A stretch of DNA of 64,000 nucleotides from Nemertoderma westbladi (lineage: Eukaryota > Animalia > Xenacoelomorpha): assembly GCA_032718475.1 (NCBI GenBank), contig JAUCBJ010008112.1:1-64000 (forward strand). Direction: 5' to 3'. Under the pieces are notes generated by a model. It ran no database searches. It had not been told where the DNA came from and saw only the letters and a list, made by a program, of their open reading frames with translations. Below are positions 35,690-49,455 of this stretch, piece after piece (positions within the stretch are counted from its first letter, which is position 1; every line of letters starts with the position of its first letter). The position numbers were made by a program, and so were the translations under genes.

Positions 35690-36333
35690 TTGTCTTTCAA
35701 GTATATCGGTGGGTGCCGTGATATCTTAATCGACAAGAATTTCAGATGGTCAAAGGGTTCAACAGATTTATTTAATAGATTTCATTAATACTATTAATAT
35801 TTGTTAATATTTTGAGCTTCAATACTACTGTTAAATGGACATCATTCTACTATATGTATTATTTAATATACGGTATGAGAGCAATATTGCAAGAAGCAAT
35901 GTCAGTGAGAAGAGGCAAGTCGTTTCCAAGGTCTACCCAGAGCTTGGTATAGCCGAGACACGAGGATCTGAACTTTGCATTCCTAATACTCCACTTACCA
36001 ATAATACTTGAGTATAGTAGGGGCGGTATATTGTACTTTTAATAAGTATGGACATTTCATCTTACTGTAGTCACGTATTTATAGTATGATACGGACAGTA
36101 AGGAAAGAGAAAATGAATTATTTCTCGCCGTTAAACGAAATATATTATACTAAGTAATTAAGTAATAAAACACGAATATATTGCACTAATCTACTGAATA
36201 ATCTCTAAAATATTATTCTACTAAATAAAACTAAAGAAAACGATTATATAATAAAATTACATAATAATACATACATAAATATAAAAATAAAAATAAATAA
36301 AATAATGCAGTCACACACCCACTCCTAACACTG

Positions 36334-39300
36334 TTACGTTGGGGAGTCCCTAGATGTTTGTTGGATTAGGGAGGTGGTCGTGGGAAGAGTCTCTTGCCTT
36401 CCATAGTTACCAGACAACTCTCGGTCTCTTTCCAGTAAACATAAACGACCAACTGGGCGATTAAGTTGTTGTGTTTCGAATACAATTCCAGGTTTCTTAA
36501 AGTTACGTCGCATGACGATGAGTTCTATCGATCGCACTAAACCATCATCGGATATATGAGTCTCGATGATACGACCTGTCTGCCACCTCTTACGTGGAAG
36601 ATCTGATTCCACGATAAGAACCATGTCTCCGGCGCTGACGTTTTCTTGCTGCGCAAACCACTTTGTTCGAAGTTGTAGCTTAGGAAGATAATGTTTTTCG
36701 AAATGGTCAGCGAAACAACAGGATAATAACTGCATAAGTTGCCAAGTTTGTCGGCAGTATTCATCTCCGTCCGTGATTTCCGATTGCGGGAGCATGGCTA
36801 CAGGTTTCTTTAGTAGGAAATGCGCTGGTGTTAGCGCTTCTAGGGAGTCGGGACTCGATGAGACTGGCATAAGCGGTCTCTCGTTAAGATAGGCGGCGAT
36901 TTCTTCCATTAACGTCCGCAAAAGTTCGTCGGTGAGATACGCGCGGCACGGCACTATAAAGTGAAATGCGGTCTTCACGCTTCGTATTAGTCTCTCCCAA
37001 CTTCCTCCCCACCAAGGGGCGTTGGCGGCGTTGAAGGTCCAGCTAGATGCTGTTACCCTTAGCTGATCGTCCACCTGTCTTTGGTTCCAATCTTTCACGT
37101 AAGCTTTGATCTCATTATTGGCGCCAATGAAGTTTGTTCCTTTGTCGGATCTTATAGTGTTGCTAGTTCCAAAACGAGCGATCTGTCGGCGTAAACTCAG
37201 TATGAAGCTGTTGGTAGATAGATTGTTCACCATATCTAGATGAATCGCTCTACAAGTCATACAGACAAAGATGACACACCATCGCTTGACTATAGTCCTA
37301 GCACGATATACTTCAATAGGGCCAAATAAATCCACACCAGTATTAGTAAAGGGTGGTTCATAGAAGCTTACTCGTTCCCTAGGTAATTCTGCCTCGCGCT
37401 GTGTTAAAGGCCTACTAAATGCTTTCCTGCAGGGTATACAGTTCCTAAGAACTTGGTTTAGAGCTCTACAGGGCTTATGGAAATAATAGCGAGTTCGAAT
37501 TTCGCTAAGAACTCGTTCTCTACCAGCATGGTAAAGTCTACTGTGAACATCTACAATCATCTTGATTTGTATTTCAAGATTTCTAATGAGTATGGGAAAC
37601 TTAGTGTCAAAGGACAATGGAGCATTAGTTAATCTCCCTCCGACACGTATTAATACATCTATCATTGTGCTAGAGAAACGATCCCTTAAGCGCATCTGTG
37701 GATTTCTCAACAACAGGAAATACTTATCGGAATCTTCATAGCATTGCAGGGGTCTCAGTATCTGCTTATTGGTATCATCATGTTCTTGGTAACTGATCTT
37801 CTCAGTCAGAAACCTATCAGACACTCTGTAAACGGGAAGGTCTTTAATAGCATGGACCTTTTCAGATACTATTGGAGCAGTATCACTAGCGATCTTCGTC
37901 CTGGAATAGTGATGATGGAAACATCTTTTCAGGTACACAACGGCCTTGCAAAGCCGATTCCAGGAGCTATAATGATCTATTGCTCTTTGTAGGAGAGGGG
38001 AGACGTCTGGTGTTCCAGATTTCCAGTCTCTTTCCCTGATCTCTATAACGGATTTATTCGTATTTCTCGTAACATCCGTGGGTATGTTTAGATCTATGGC
38101 GTCGTCACCAGAGGCGTGTAGTACAGACAGATCTATCACGGGTTTAAATAACTTTGATTTACTCGTCCGGGTTTTAGGTTTGACTTTCTCCGCTCCCTTG
38201 GCTTGTCTAATCTCTGCGGTAGTGAGATGAGGGAGCCATTCCTCCTCTTCTTTACTCAGGAAGTCGGGTCCACCTAACCAGTCTGAAGTATCTATCAACT
38301 CTTGAGGAGTTGCTCCTCTGGAAGCGAGGTCAGCTGGATTAATCGTCCCAGGGCAATGTCTCCATTGATCCGTATTAGAGCGACTAAGTGTAATGGCTAC
38401 TCTTTTGGTAATGAAGACGCTGAACTGACAGACTTCATTTGTTATATACTCCAGAACGAGTAAAGCATCAGTCCAATAGACAGTTTTCTCAAGTGGATAG
38501 TCGATCTGTTCTGTTACATTCCGGCCGATGGCTGTAGCGTATAGATCCGCCTTTAACTCCGCTCTAGGAACTCGTAGTTTGTTGTTTATTAGGGCCTTAG
38601 AGGCGACCAATGCAACCTTAATTCCATCCGGAGTTTCAACCCTCAGGTAGGCTACTATACCTATTCCCAAATCGCTGGCGTCTCCAAACACATGGAGTTG
38701 ATAGGCATATGTGGGGAGAACGTGACCAAAATATGAACGGGAAATCTTAAAGTTCTCGATGGATGGTAGATAATCTTCCCATTTCATCCACTTCTTTAGC
38801 AGTTCTCCCTTAAGTGGATCATCCCACGAGTGTTTTTCGAGCCACATTTGTTGTACTAAGCTCCGAGCAACTAATATGACTGGGCTAATATATCCCAATG
38901 GATCGAAATAAGTGCTCAGGATACTTAAACAAATCCATTTAGTTCTAACTGGATTATCTCGTTGTTTTAACTGAAAGAATAGAATGTCTCTCTCCGTGTC
39001 CCATTTTAATCCAAGAGTCTTGGTTTCTGGAAGATCGTCCTTAATGAGGTCCAGGTCTTTTAACACTTCGGTCTTCTACTGGTATCAATTCCCGGAACTC
39101 ACGGGAGGTACTAGTGAATTTGGTTAGGCGAAATCCACCTCGTCGTAAGCACTCAACCGTTCCATTATCAACATTTATCGCTTCTTCCACCGATGGAAGG
39201 GACTTTAAATTGTCATCCATGTAAATATCCCGTTTGATGTTGTCGATAACCGCTTTAGAGAAGGCATCTCGATTGTCATCGGCAGTGGTACGCAGTACCG

Positions 39301-42300
39301 AACAAGCGTTCGAGGGGCTCGACATGATCCCGAAAGCCTGGATTGTCCTTCAGTACTCCACCGGTTTTAGGTTGAGGTCTCCTTCAGGCCACCACAGAAA
39401 TCGTAGGCTGTCTCGCTCCCTATCCAACGCCTTTACTTGTAGGAACATGCTTTCGATGTCCGAAGCGAACGCGATCGAATATTGCCGCAGTCTTAGTAAT
39501 ATTCCCAACAAAGATTGGAGTAAGTTGGGTCCCGGCAACAGTTCAGTATTCAGGGATTGACCCATGTAAAGGGCGGAGCCGTCAAACACTACCCGGACTT
39601 CGTTGGGTTTACCGTGCTTGGGAACGTAATGATGTGTTAGATAATACGTTCTCTCCGTTATGGGTGTTTCTTCCGGAACTCGCTCCGCGTATCCCTTATC
39701 TATAAATTTCTTCAGTTGGGTTTTATACATTTCCCTGGCTTGAATGTTAGACGTCAGACGCCGATGTAGTTGAGCGATTCTTTTTTCCGCTAAAGGTCGG
39801 TTATTTACGAAGCTGGGTTCTCTCCGTCGGAACGGAAGACCAATCTCATAGCGACCTTCTTCCTTCAGATAACATGTAGTCGTTTCCGGAATCTGCTTGG
39901 CTCTCTCTTCCTCGACAGACAAGGCTTTGTCGTAGGAATTAGGCTCTACGGCTTCTTGAGTAAAGAATCGTACGGCGTGTTCATCGCGGATTTTGTTATT
40001 ATATCGATCTATCACTTCGTTTAATTCATCGTTATAGGTAAATTGTTCACCATGTTGGTTGATAAGGTGACATAGGTTGACTTGGTTTAGCCAAGTTTGG
40101 TTCGCAGTGAGGAGATCAATGGTATTTTCCTCGTCGTAGAGGTTGCTTATGTCGTCGTTATCTGAGGAGTATGGGGTTTCATCAGCTGGGATTTCTTCTT
40201 CACTTATATCTTCCTGCCATTCACTCACCTGGTGGACTCGTTCACTTGGGAGTCTTTCCAGTAAGGTCCTATGGGAAGGTCCAGTGAAGTACCAACCTAC
40301 TCTTGTTCTTCCCGCATACGTCTGGAGTGGTCGCGGTCGAGCAGGCCATTTTTCTAATGTCTCAAGCGCCTCGTGCGCATTTTGGCCGAGTAAAATCTGT
40401 ACCCCTGGATAATCGGTCCTGAATCTAGGTATGTTGTGTTGCTTTGTAAAATGATCTTCATCCCAGTTGTAAGGCTCCACTTGGCTAGTAGCAAAGTTCT
40501 TTATCGCCACCATCTTGACCGACCTTACACTATTTTCTCCTAGTTCATCCTGGGGAGTGCACAACGCTCCCACGTAGTAATCTGTGGCTACTGTGGATTT
40601 CCAAACCTGCATAATTCCAGAAAGATTCTGTTTGGTTCGGAACTTTGGTTGACCATCAAAGATGTCTTCGGCTAGATCCTTGTCGATGAAGGCGCCTGTA
40701 CTGCCGGAGTCAAGGAGGGCGTTTACTATCAAGCTCTTCCCTATCCCATGGACCCTCAGTTGCATCACCGGGAATTCTCGGATACCTACAGATGAAGTTG
40801 GCGCTTTACCAGAGAGCGGTCTTTCTGGAATAGGCAGTAGAGGATCTTCTCCATCTGTTTCTGTCTCGTATGTAAGTGCTCGATACACAGCTGTGTTGAT
40901 CATATAACAGGATTCATTTTCGTCGGAGAATTCATCCATGTAGAATCCTTCCATCTCCGAACTATGGTCAGTGTCGTTCACATCACTGAATTGGACATTC
41001 GGGCTCACTTACCTGACTCGTACAGGTTCTGTCAAATTCGGTGTGCAGCAAGATATGATGTTTCGCGCCGCACTTCGCACACCTTGCGTCCGAATAACAG
41101 GTCCGTCGTTGATGTCCTCGTCTGAGGCAATTATAACACAACCGCTTATCCCACATGACGTCACGCCTATCCTTCAGGGATTTCTTTAAGAATTCATCAC
41201 ACCCACTCAAGCCATGTGGCCCGTCGCACAATACACATTTAGGTTTGATGTTACTTACCTTAACCTGCGTTGTGTTGTGCACACTTGTTCTTTCTTCAGG
41301 CTTTCTTCCATGAATTCTCTTAGGAGACATAGGGGGAGTTGTTACCTGTTCTCTCCTGCCACTGGTTTGAGACTTAGATTTACTTACGTCTTTCCTAACT
41401 TTATTGACATAATAAGATCTTTCGGTGTCCGTATAACACACTGGTGTTACCTCTTTCATAGTAACGGCTTTTTCACTTACCTTACTTTCCAGAGTCTTCT
41501 CTCTAGACTGTTTTAGGAGTTGTAATCTTACCTCTCTGTTTAAGAATGACAGAAGGTCCGCCATGGTTGGATCTCTATGTTGTTGGTCCATCAGATAGAG
41601 AACCTTTTTGTCCCAGCGAGTACCTACTCCACCCTTTGGCAAAGTTGATGCTACAGCTCCTACAACCATAGAATTCTGGTATTCATGAGACTTACCCAAC
41701 CAGTCTAGCTGTTTACAGATCTCCTGAATCTCATCGGAAAACTCTATAATCCCGCTGCTAAGAAACTTTCTGGGCGCCATTAATTTCGCATAAAGATATC
41801 TAGCTATGTTTGTCCTATTACCATACCTGATGTTTAGTGTATCCCAAACTTGTCTTAATCCGTCTGGATGTCCAATAAACTTTAACGCCATTAACTTGGG
41901 AGGTCCTTCCAAGCACTTGATGAGGAATCGAAGTTTCTCTCCGTTAGATAGTACAGAGTTCTGTATGATATCTTTATAATATTCATTAAAAAGTAACCAT
42001 TTCATCTCATCTCCATTGAACTTGACGACCTCTCCTACCTTTACTGCTTGACGGGCTTCCGTTCTAGCCATCTGACGTGTAAAACTTTCTTGAGCCATCG
42101 TATTATTTAATATCGAATTATCGGTATATAAATTTCTCGGATTATGATCAGATCTGTATGGGATATCATTATCAACAGTCTTATAATTACCCTTAATAGG
42201 GTTTACTATAGGAGTTTCTACTTCGCTAGCAGTATAGATGTGTGTAGGCTCCACACCTTGCGCATGAAATACTTCAGACCTAATGGGCTGACACATTGTT

Positions 42301-43793
42301 ACATGGGGTGGTGGTATACCCATTTGCATATTTACTAATTTATCGCGCTCTAAAGCGATACTTTGTTGTACTTCTTGCAGCTCTAACCTACTCTCTCTTA
42401 CTGTTCCCTTTAACAGTTGAACAGTCCCTTCCAATTCTCGGACTTGCTCGGAAGATTTGTTTTTGTTACCTTCCAGCTGCCCGAGCAGCCATTCCATCCC
42501 CCGTCGTCCCTCGTCCACCCACTCAACCGCGGAGGCGGGAGATGCCAACTTAGTAGCTGGATGGCACATCGGGACGACGGGAGACAGTTTGTTGATAATG
42601 TCTTGTTCGGCGTCTAGGACTGTTTGGGATTCCGTCAGTTGTCTACTGGGCACAGGTAGTTTAGTACTGTGCAAAGGGAATTTAGAGTTAGGTTCTGGAA
42701 GTACAGGGGTCTCTATCATAGGAGTGGCTTCGCTAACAGGCCTAATTATTTCGGGCTCATCTACTATAGTAAGGAGTCTTTCTACTCTAATAATTTGGTC
42801 TGTAGGTTCTTGATGACTTAAGTCTGCATTAGCTAGTTGCCTTCTCACCACAGGAGGCAAATTAGGTACTTCTGCCGGTGTGGCGCTCTTCTACATCCAC
42901 TTGAACGAGATTTATTACCTTTACCCTCGGGATCCGTTGTATCACCTTCATCAGAGGAGGTAAATCCCTGTCTTCTGGGAGTAGATCGACTCAGTAGTTG
43001 CATCTGAGTAGCTGCTCTCTGTTTATTTAAGTAATCTTGTTTCGCCTGAAGATTCTCCAACTCTAGTTGGGTTGTCGCTTCAGATGCTCATCGTTCTGCT
43101 TCTGCCACTGCCGCTGCTGCTACCGCTTTTCTTTCGGCCTCTGCCACTGCCGCTGCCGCTGCCGCCGCTGCTGCTAACTTTCGATCTTCTATTTGCCTTT
43201 TCTTTATTTGTTCTTCTTGGTCCATTACGATGAGGATGCTTTCAGCAAATTTAGCCTCCTCCGCAGCTAATATTTCCGCATCTAAAGAGTCCAACCCGAA
43301 TTTGGCTCCCTCACTATTGGGATGAATTCCAGCTAGCCGTCTTCTTAGCTCTTTGTCACCTATAAATCGTTGATAATCCGACAGATAGATGTCAATAGCA
43401 TCCTTCTTTTGAGGTTTTCCGGATATCGCTTCGCCTTCCACATGAGAAAAGGTGGCATCTGTTGATTCTCCGTGGGTAGCTCGTTCAGTTAGCTGAACCC
43501 TCCATTGTGTTGTTCCCTGGACTTTAACATTCACTCGTTGGAACCAAGTCTTTACAGCCACTTGCAACGACGTGTCTTGGCTTCTCTTCGAGGCTTCCTC
43601 AAAGGCTGAAAGGATTAATCTGATCCGCAAGATACGTTCTCGCACTTGATAAAGCAGCTCTCCCTGCTCTTGAGGTCCTTTTGGTTGTTGGAATAAATGC
43701 TCTTCTAGTCGTTCCAAGGAGTTGAAGAATCCCTGGACATATCCTGCTGCTGACCTCTAAGTCGTCTAATAGTGTCTGACAGGAACGAAGCAC
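36334..43793 (-). pseudogene. Element A gag-pol (Gag-PR-RT-RNase H-integrase), disrupted and 5'-truncated
   Basis: Consecutive ORFs 43599-43793, 43088-43717, 42845-43060, 40983-42860 (gag, CYNC..GHQRRTC), 39350-41008 (LLDSGST, RT N-part), 39041-39325 (YMDD) and 36334-39066 (FGDAS, NPAD, H..H..CIPC, GVDLFGP / SDKGTNF / WERL integrase). Confidence 0.93.
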
Positions 43794-44029
43794 ACCATCG
43801 AGCTAAAATTATATACAACGGGGTCTAATAGTGTCTGACAGGAACGAAGCACACCATCGAGCTAAAATTATATACAACGGGGTCTAATAGTGTCTGACAG
43901 GAACGAAGCACACCATCGAGCTAAAATTATATACAACGGGGTCTAATAGTGTCTGACAGGAACGAAGCACACCATCGAGCTAAAATTATATACAACGGGG
44001 TCTAATAGTGTCTGACAGGAACGAAGCAC
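43764..44029. repeat. 59-bp tandem repeat, 4.5 identical units, at the truncation point of element A gag
   Basis: GTCTAATAGTGTCTGACAGGAACGAAGCACACCATCGAGCTAAAATTATATACAACGGG at 43764, 43823, 43882, 43941 and 44000 (partial). Confidence 0.93.
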
Positions 44030-45115
44030 GGTAGATTGGCAGACAGATATTCAATGATAACTCAAGAACTAAAGGTGATCTCTTTAATTAAGCCGTTTTC
44101 AGATTTGAAATTCTCATTAAATTATACTATAAATGCAATAAAAATCAACTTTCTGAAATTTAGAACCTTAGAACCAGAGGGCTACCCCCCCCCCCCCCCC
44201 CCCCCTAACTTAAAATACATTTGTAATCATGTTATATTCCGCATTGCGTATTTATTCTAGAACACTATTTATCTTACGACAGATGTTTTACATAGTAACA
44301 ACAATAAATTAACATTCAGAGGTTTGAGATACTGGTCAATATAAGTAAGGAAAATCTAAGATAGAAACAATTTTTGTAATTTATTGAAAATAAGTATTAT
44401 GTTTGCAGTAGCCTAAGGAATGGGTTACTAATTTTGTAACATTGTACGTGTCGTGTTATTGCACATGCACACACTGTTACTGGTAATACATGCATAGCTC
44501 GTAGTGCATTTGGAGTACACTGTGGTGGACTCGTAGTGGTGGCTCACTCGTAGTGGACTGTGGCCAAGTAATGCACCGATATAGGCCTACCTCTCTCACC
44601 TCAGGAATACATTCTACCAGCTAGCTAACATTCTCTAGAATTTGTCCTCAATTAGCCGCAGAAGTGAGTTCGAATGTGGACGTCGTGGCCGTTGCATTTA
44701 GGACCCTGCAGTGGTCACCCAAACTTATATTTTACATTTGCATTAATCAGTTTCAGTTTTATTTTGATAATATATTACTTTACACGCTATTGCAGGCCTT
44801 GTCCGCACACTTGCAATACAAATTGCAACGTAGGCTGTAGGCTATACAGTAGTGGTGGCTGAATATTGTCTGTGCAGTAGCTCTCCCATACGTTTGCAAA
44901 CATTATACGCTCTTCTTACACCATGTCCTGCAATATAGTGTCCTAATTCAGTGACATGGAAAATGTTTTTCGACAAATCTTAAGGAGGGTGTGCTTGTTG
45001 TGTTGTTAATGGTTTTGTGCTTTCTTGGTGCTAGATAGAATATTCACAGACATTCTTACTTATTATCTCAGAATGACATTTTTTCATTTTTAAAACACTA
45101 CCGGTACTCCTCATT

Positions 45116-46215
45116 AGATCACTCATGGTGGTGAACAGGCATTACTTTAGGAAACAGAGTGGAGGGGTTTACTGTGGAAGATCACCCATGGTGGTGAACA
45201 GGCATTATTTTGGGAAGCAGAGTGGAAGGGTTCCACCTTGGTGTAGTGGTCGCATTGAATTCACATCTCCCGTAGGTCGTGGGTTCGATCCTCACATGGG
45301 CCAGGGTAGTTTTCGTTTCGGCACGAATGCTTTAAAGGGACCAGCCAGGGCGCTTCTCTGCCTTGCATCTTTAATTGGTAGCTAAATGAGTACTGGAGTT
45401 TCCTCTGGGGAGTAAAGTTCTGGGGGGACCGCACTGGAAATAAGTCGTCAGACTTTGTGCGTAATCCCTGGCCTAGCGGCCGAAGAAAATTTACTTGTTT
45501 GAATGGTTTACTGTGGAAGATCACCCATGCTGGTGAACAGGCATTCCTTTAGAAACAGAGTGGACGGGTTTACTGTGGAAGATAATCCATGGTGGTGAAC
45601 AGGCATTCCTTTGGAAAACAGAGTGGAAGGGTTTACTGTAGAAGATCACCCATGCTGGTGAACAGGCATTCCTTTAGAAACAGAGTGGAAGGGTTTACTG
45701 TAGAAGATCACCCACGCTGGTGAACAGGCATTCCTTTAGAAACAGAGTGGACGGGTTTACTGTGGAAGATAATCCATGGTGGTGAACAGGCATTCCTTTG
45801 GAAAACAGAGTGGAAGGGTTTACTGTAGAAGATCACCCATGCTGGTGAACAGGCATTCCTTTGGAAACAGAGTGGAAGGGTTTACTGTGGAAGATCATCC
45901 ATGGTGGTGAACAGGAATTCCTTTGGAAAATAGAGTGGAAGGGTTTACTGTATCACCCATGGTGGTGAACAGACATTCCTTTAGAAACAGAGTGGAAGGG
46001 TTTACTCTGGAAAATCACCCATGGTGGTGAACAGGCATTCCTTTGGAAAACAGAGTGGAAGGGTTTACTGTAGAAGATCACCTATGGTGGTGAACAGGCA
46101 TTCCATTACAGACTGAGTGGAATGGATTACGGTGGAAGATCACCCATGGTGGTGTGGTGAACAGGCATTCCTTTGAGAAACAGAGTGGAAGGGTTTACTG
46201 TGGAAGATCACCCAT
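45116..46215. repeat. Second block of the 63-bp satellite, interrupted by a SINE
   Basis: Same unit and orientation as 486-4167, somewhat more diverged. Confidence 0.95.
45233..45504 (+). mobile_element. tRNA-derived SINE inserted in a satellite unit
   Basis: A box TGGTGTAGTGG, B box GGTTCGATCCT, ~270 bp. The satellite resumes in register after it (GGTT on both sides). Confidence 0.75.
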
Positions 46216-47146
46216 TCCTTGCAGCATTGCATTCCTTGGCTTAACGAGCAGAAAAGCTTCTCCCATTCATATAGATATACTATTTTTAAGTCTAGTCCCG
46301 CCGTGCTCCCAACAAAGTGCGAGGGTTACAGTACTCCCATGCACAGAGCTGTAAGTCCGATGGGCTCATAATTAAGAGACATGATGAGGTTCAGTAGGTT
46401 TTTTGGGACCTCTTGGTAGACCAGTACAGGGTAATAAATAATTATTGTGACAAAACAATAGAATGAATAGACAAAACTACATTTTTGTAGTGCACAATCG
46501 TCCACGTACATGTGCGAAGGAAACTACTAGAAATTCTAGAACGTAGTTATATTGTTAGGAACCAAGAAGTTCTAAGTAGGCCAAGACGCCGGAATTTACT
46601 AGCTAACTTTGCACTTTTTCACTTTACGAGATAGCCCCAGACTTCCTAAACTATTGTTTTTGACGCCTTGGGATATACCCCTGTAATTTTTTCCTGCTAC
46701 TTAGTTTTTTATATATTTTAGACTCGAATTTTTCTATGTCGCGTTATCTATTTATTTTAAAAGATATTGTTGTTTTAGGATTAATTAATAATTGTAACAG
46801 TTCCGTATAGCATTACATTTTTATAACATAAATGATTGTTACCATGGTAACATTATTGAGTTCTAGAACAAAATATATATAATAAACACTATTCTAGAAC
46901 ATAAATAATATAAAAAATATAATGTTCTAGAACATATAGCTATTTATTTTTCAAATTTAAAATAGCTAGTAATAGAAAAAAAATATTTATTTATATTATT
47001 TACCGGTATTTAGGCCTATTAAAAATGTATCTACCAAATTGTATATTTTTTTAAATTTACAGTACTAGCTATATTAAAATTAATGATAATAATAATTAAT
47101 AATAATAAATTAATAATTAATAATTAATAAATTAATGATAATTAAT

Positions 47147-47430
47147 TATGACCCACTGTGTGTGTGAATTCTATGGCCAGAGTGAGGGGTAGGCTACTTT
47201 GTATTATTCGATTGATTCGCAAAGTGAAAATCGCGCTGATTGGCCAAAATACAAACTCTACGCATAAAGAAACAGCTGGCAAGTTTCGTCATGTTAGTTC
47301 TGGATTAAGACAGACGCGTAGTTGCATAAGTTTATACTTCATCCAACACCTTAAAACAATGTTGGCCTTTTTTTAGAGTAGTTCGCGAATTGCACAAAAA
47401 CGACACATTTATGCCGCAAAAGTTTCAACA
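47147..47430 (-). mobile_element. Internally deleted, diverged LTR relic of the A/C family
   Basis: 47217-47430 aligns with ~13957-14152 (CTGATTGG...TTTCGTCAT...CCGCAAAAG...ACA); 47147-47216 aligns with ~13190-13270. Confidence 0.7.
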
Positions 47431-49357
47431 ATATACCTAGTTATTTTTCAAATTTAGAATAGTTAGCGGTAGTAATACAAATTTTTATTTATTTATATTA
47501 TTTATTGTTAAAATTAACATTATTTACCGCTCAGCCATTGGCGGTAAATAAGATTTGCATTATTTACCTAGGTAAGTGGGGATTATTGCTCTTCAATCAG
47601 TCAACTTTGTACTGTAATACATACCATTCTGGGGCATTTTAATTATTTAATGAGTAGCTACGACTAGTAAAATGACATTAATTAATAATCTTCAAATAAA
47701 TAATATGTTCCAGAATATTGTGTATTAGATATAATAAATGGTCTGCCCTGCAGGCGGCCTGTATCGGATGCAAATACCTGCACATTTTGGAACGGCCATT
47801 CTCAACTATTTCTCAACGACATTTACATTTATTTACAAATTTGGAATCCTTGCAACGAAACTTTTCCCTTGGTGTCAACAAATCAAAATAAGGACGAAGA
47901 ATAACTGCGGTGTGACTGGTGCAATGTTTAATTACTTATTAAACAATAATATCTTTTAATAATTATAATAATAAAGGGGTGAATTTAACGATACAATTAC
48001 ATATTGTAGGATAAATAAAACACGTTATTAACCTTTTCGCCCCTCGATCTGACTTATTTAGTACGGTACTAGTGAGTTTTGTGCACAGCCCCCCTCAAAT
48101 TTTTTTTTATACTAGCTAGTGTTTGTTACTTTTTTTTTTAAGTTCTAAAACATACAGTATAGCCTAATCTATTCATTTAATTCTATCCATTCATACTCCC
48201 CCCCCCCCCCCCCCCCATGAACCTTTTTTTAAAATGGCTGTCAATTAGTCTTAAATGATAATATTGCTATTTTGTTATGGTCAACCACAGTATGGAAGGC
48301 CAAATAGCCTTTATAGTAAAATTTGAAAATTTGTAGCCTCCCCCTAGCGGCTGGCAGCGGAATTAAAGATTTCACTAAAATTGCTACTAGTCCCTCAATT
48401 TTGGTCCAAATTTCTTGCAACCAACTTTTTCGTACTCAGCGTGATCAACTCTACAAAAGTTATCTTGTAGAATTTTTAATTAGCCAATTTTATTTTAATT
48501 AATTAATTTAATTAATTAATTATCATATTTTTAATTAAAAATGGCTAATTATAAAAAATGGTAATATTTATCAAAATTCCATAAGATAACTTTTAAAGAG
48601 CTACCAAAGCTCGTTTGAATGAGCCATAAACTAAGAAAATTAGTTGAAAAATGACGGAGGAGTAGTAATTCGAAAATGAAAAATGTCATTCCGAGAAAAT
48701 GCCCTTCAAAGTTTAAACCGTCCCGCCAAAATTGGCTGTCTGTGTTCTGGTTGGTTAATTATTTCTGGCACGAATGATGCACTTCAACGAGCTAAAATGT
48801 TCATTACTGGGGTTTTCGGGGTCGCTGATTTTATTTCCGATGTCAGTTTTAATTTTTGGTGGAATCTAGTCTATCTGTCTGTCTGTCGGTCTTCTGTCTC
48901 TCTTACAATTTGACGGACAGACCGTCATACGGAAAAAAGGTGATAACTCGAGAACCGAAAGAAGTCTCACTAAGCAGTTTTCAGATTTGTAATCCTCATT
49001 AAATTCTACTCTAGGTGAAATAAAGAAACAATAATTTGAAAATTTTACCTGTGGGGGGTATACACCCCCCCCCCCCCCCCTTAATATAAAAATGTTGTTA
49101 TAGAACAATTATATTTTTTGTTCTAGAACAAAAAATAGAAAAAAACAAGCTAATTTGTTCATCTTTTAAATTTTTTATCGTATGTTATCTTTGTATAAAT
49201 TTATTTAAACTAGCTAGTTTTTGTTTCCTTTTTAAAAAAAGGTTCTAGGTACTAGTGTGTTTTGTGCACACACCCCCTCAAATATTTTATACTAGCTAGT
49301 TTTCGTTACTTTTTTAATGTTCTAGAACATATTGTTTATTCATTTTTTTTATTAATT

Positions 49358-49455
49358 TTGTTCTAGAACAAATAATTGTTGTTCTAGAACAAATAATTGT
49401 TGTTCTAGAACAAATAATTGTTGTTCTAGAACAAATAATTGTTGTTCTAGAACAA
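49358..49455. repeat. 22-bp tandem repeat containing the palindrome TGTTCTAGAACA
   Basis: TTGTTCTAGAACAAATAATTGT repeated about four times. Confidence 0.8.

Noticed and set aside
47147-47430. The missing 5' LTR of element A
   Set aside because: Right orientation, but far more diverged from the 3' LTR than A's lightly decayed ORFs would allow. Its flank (ATATA) does not match A's 3' flank (ATCTG).
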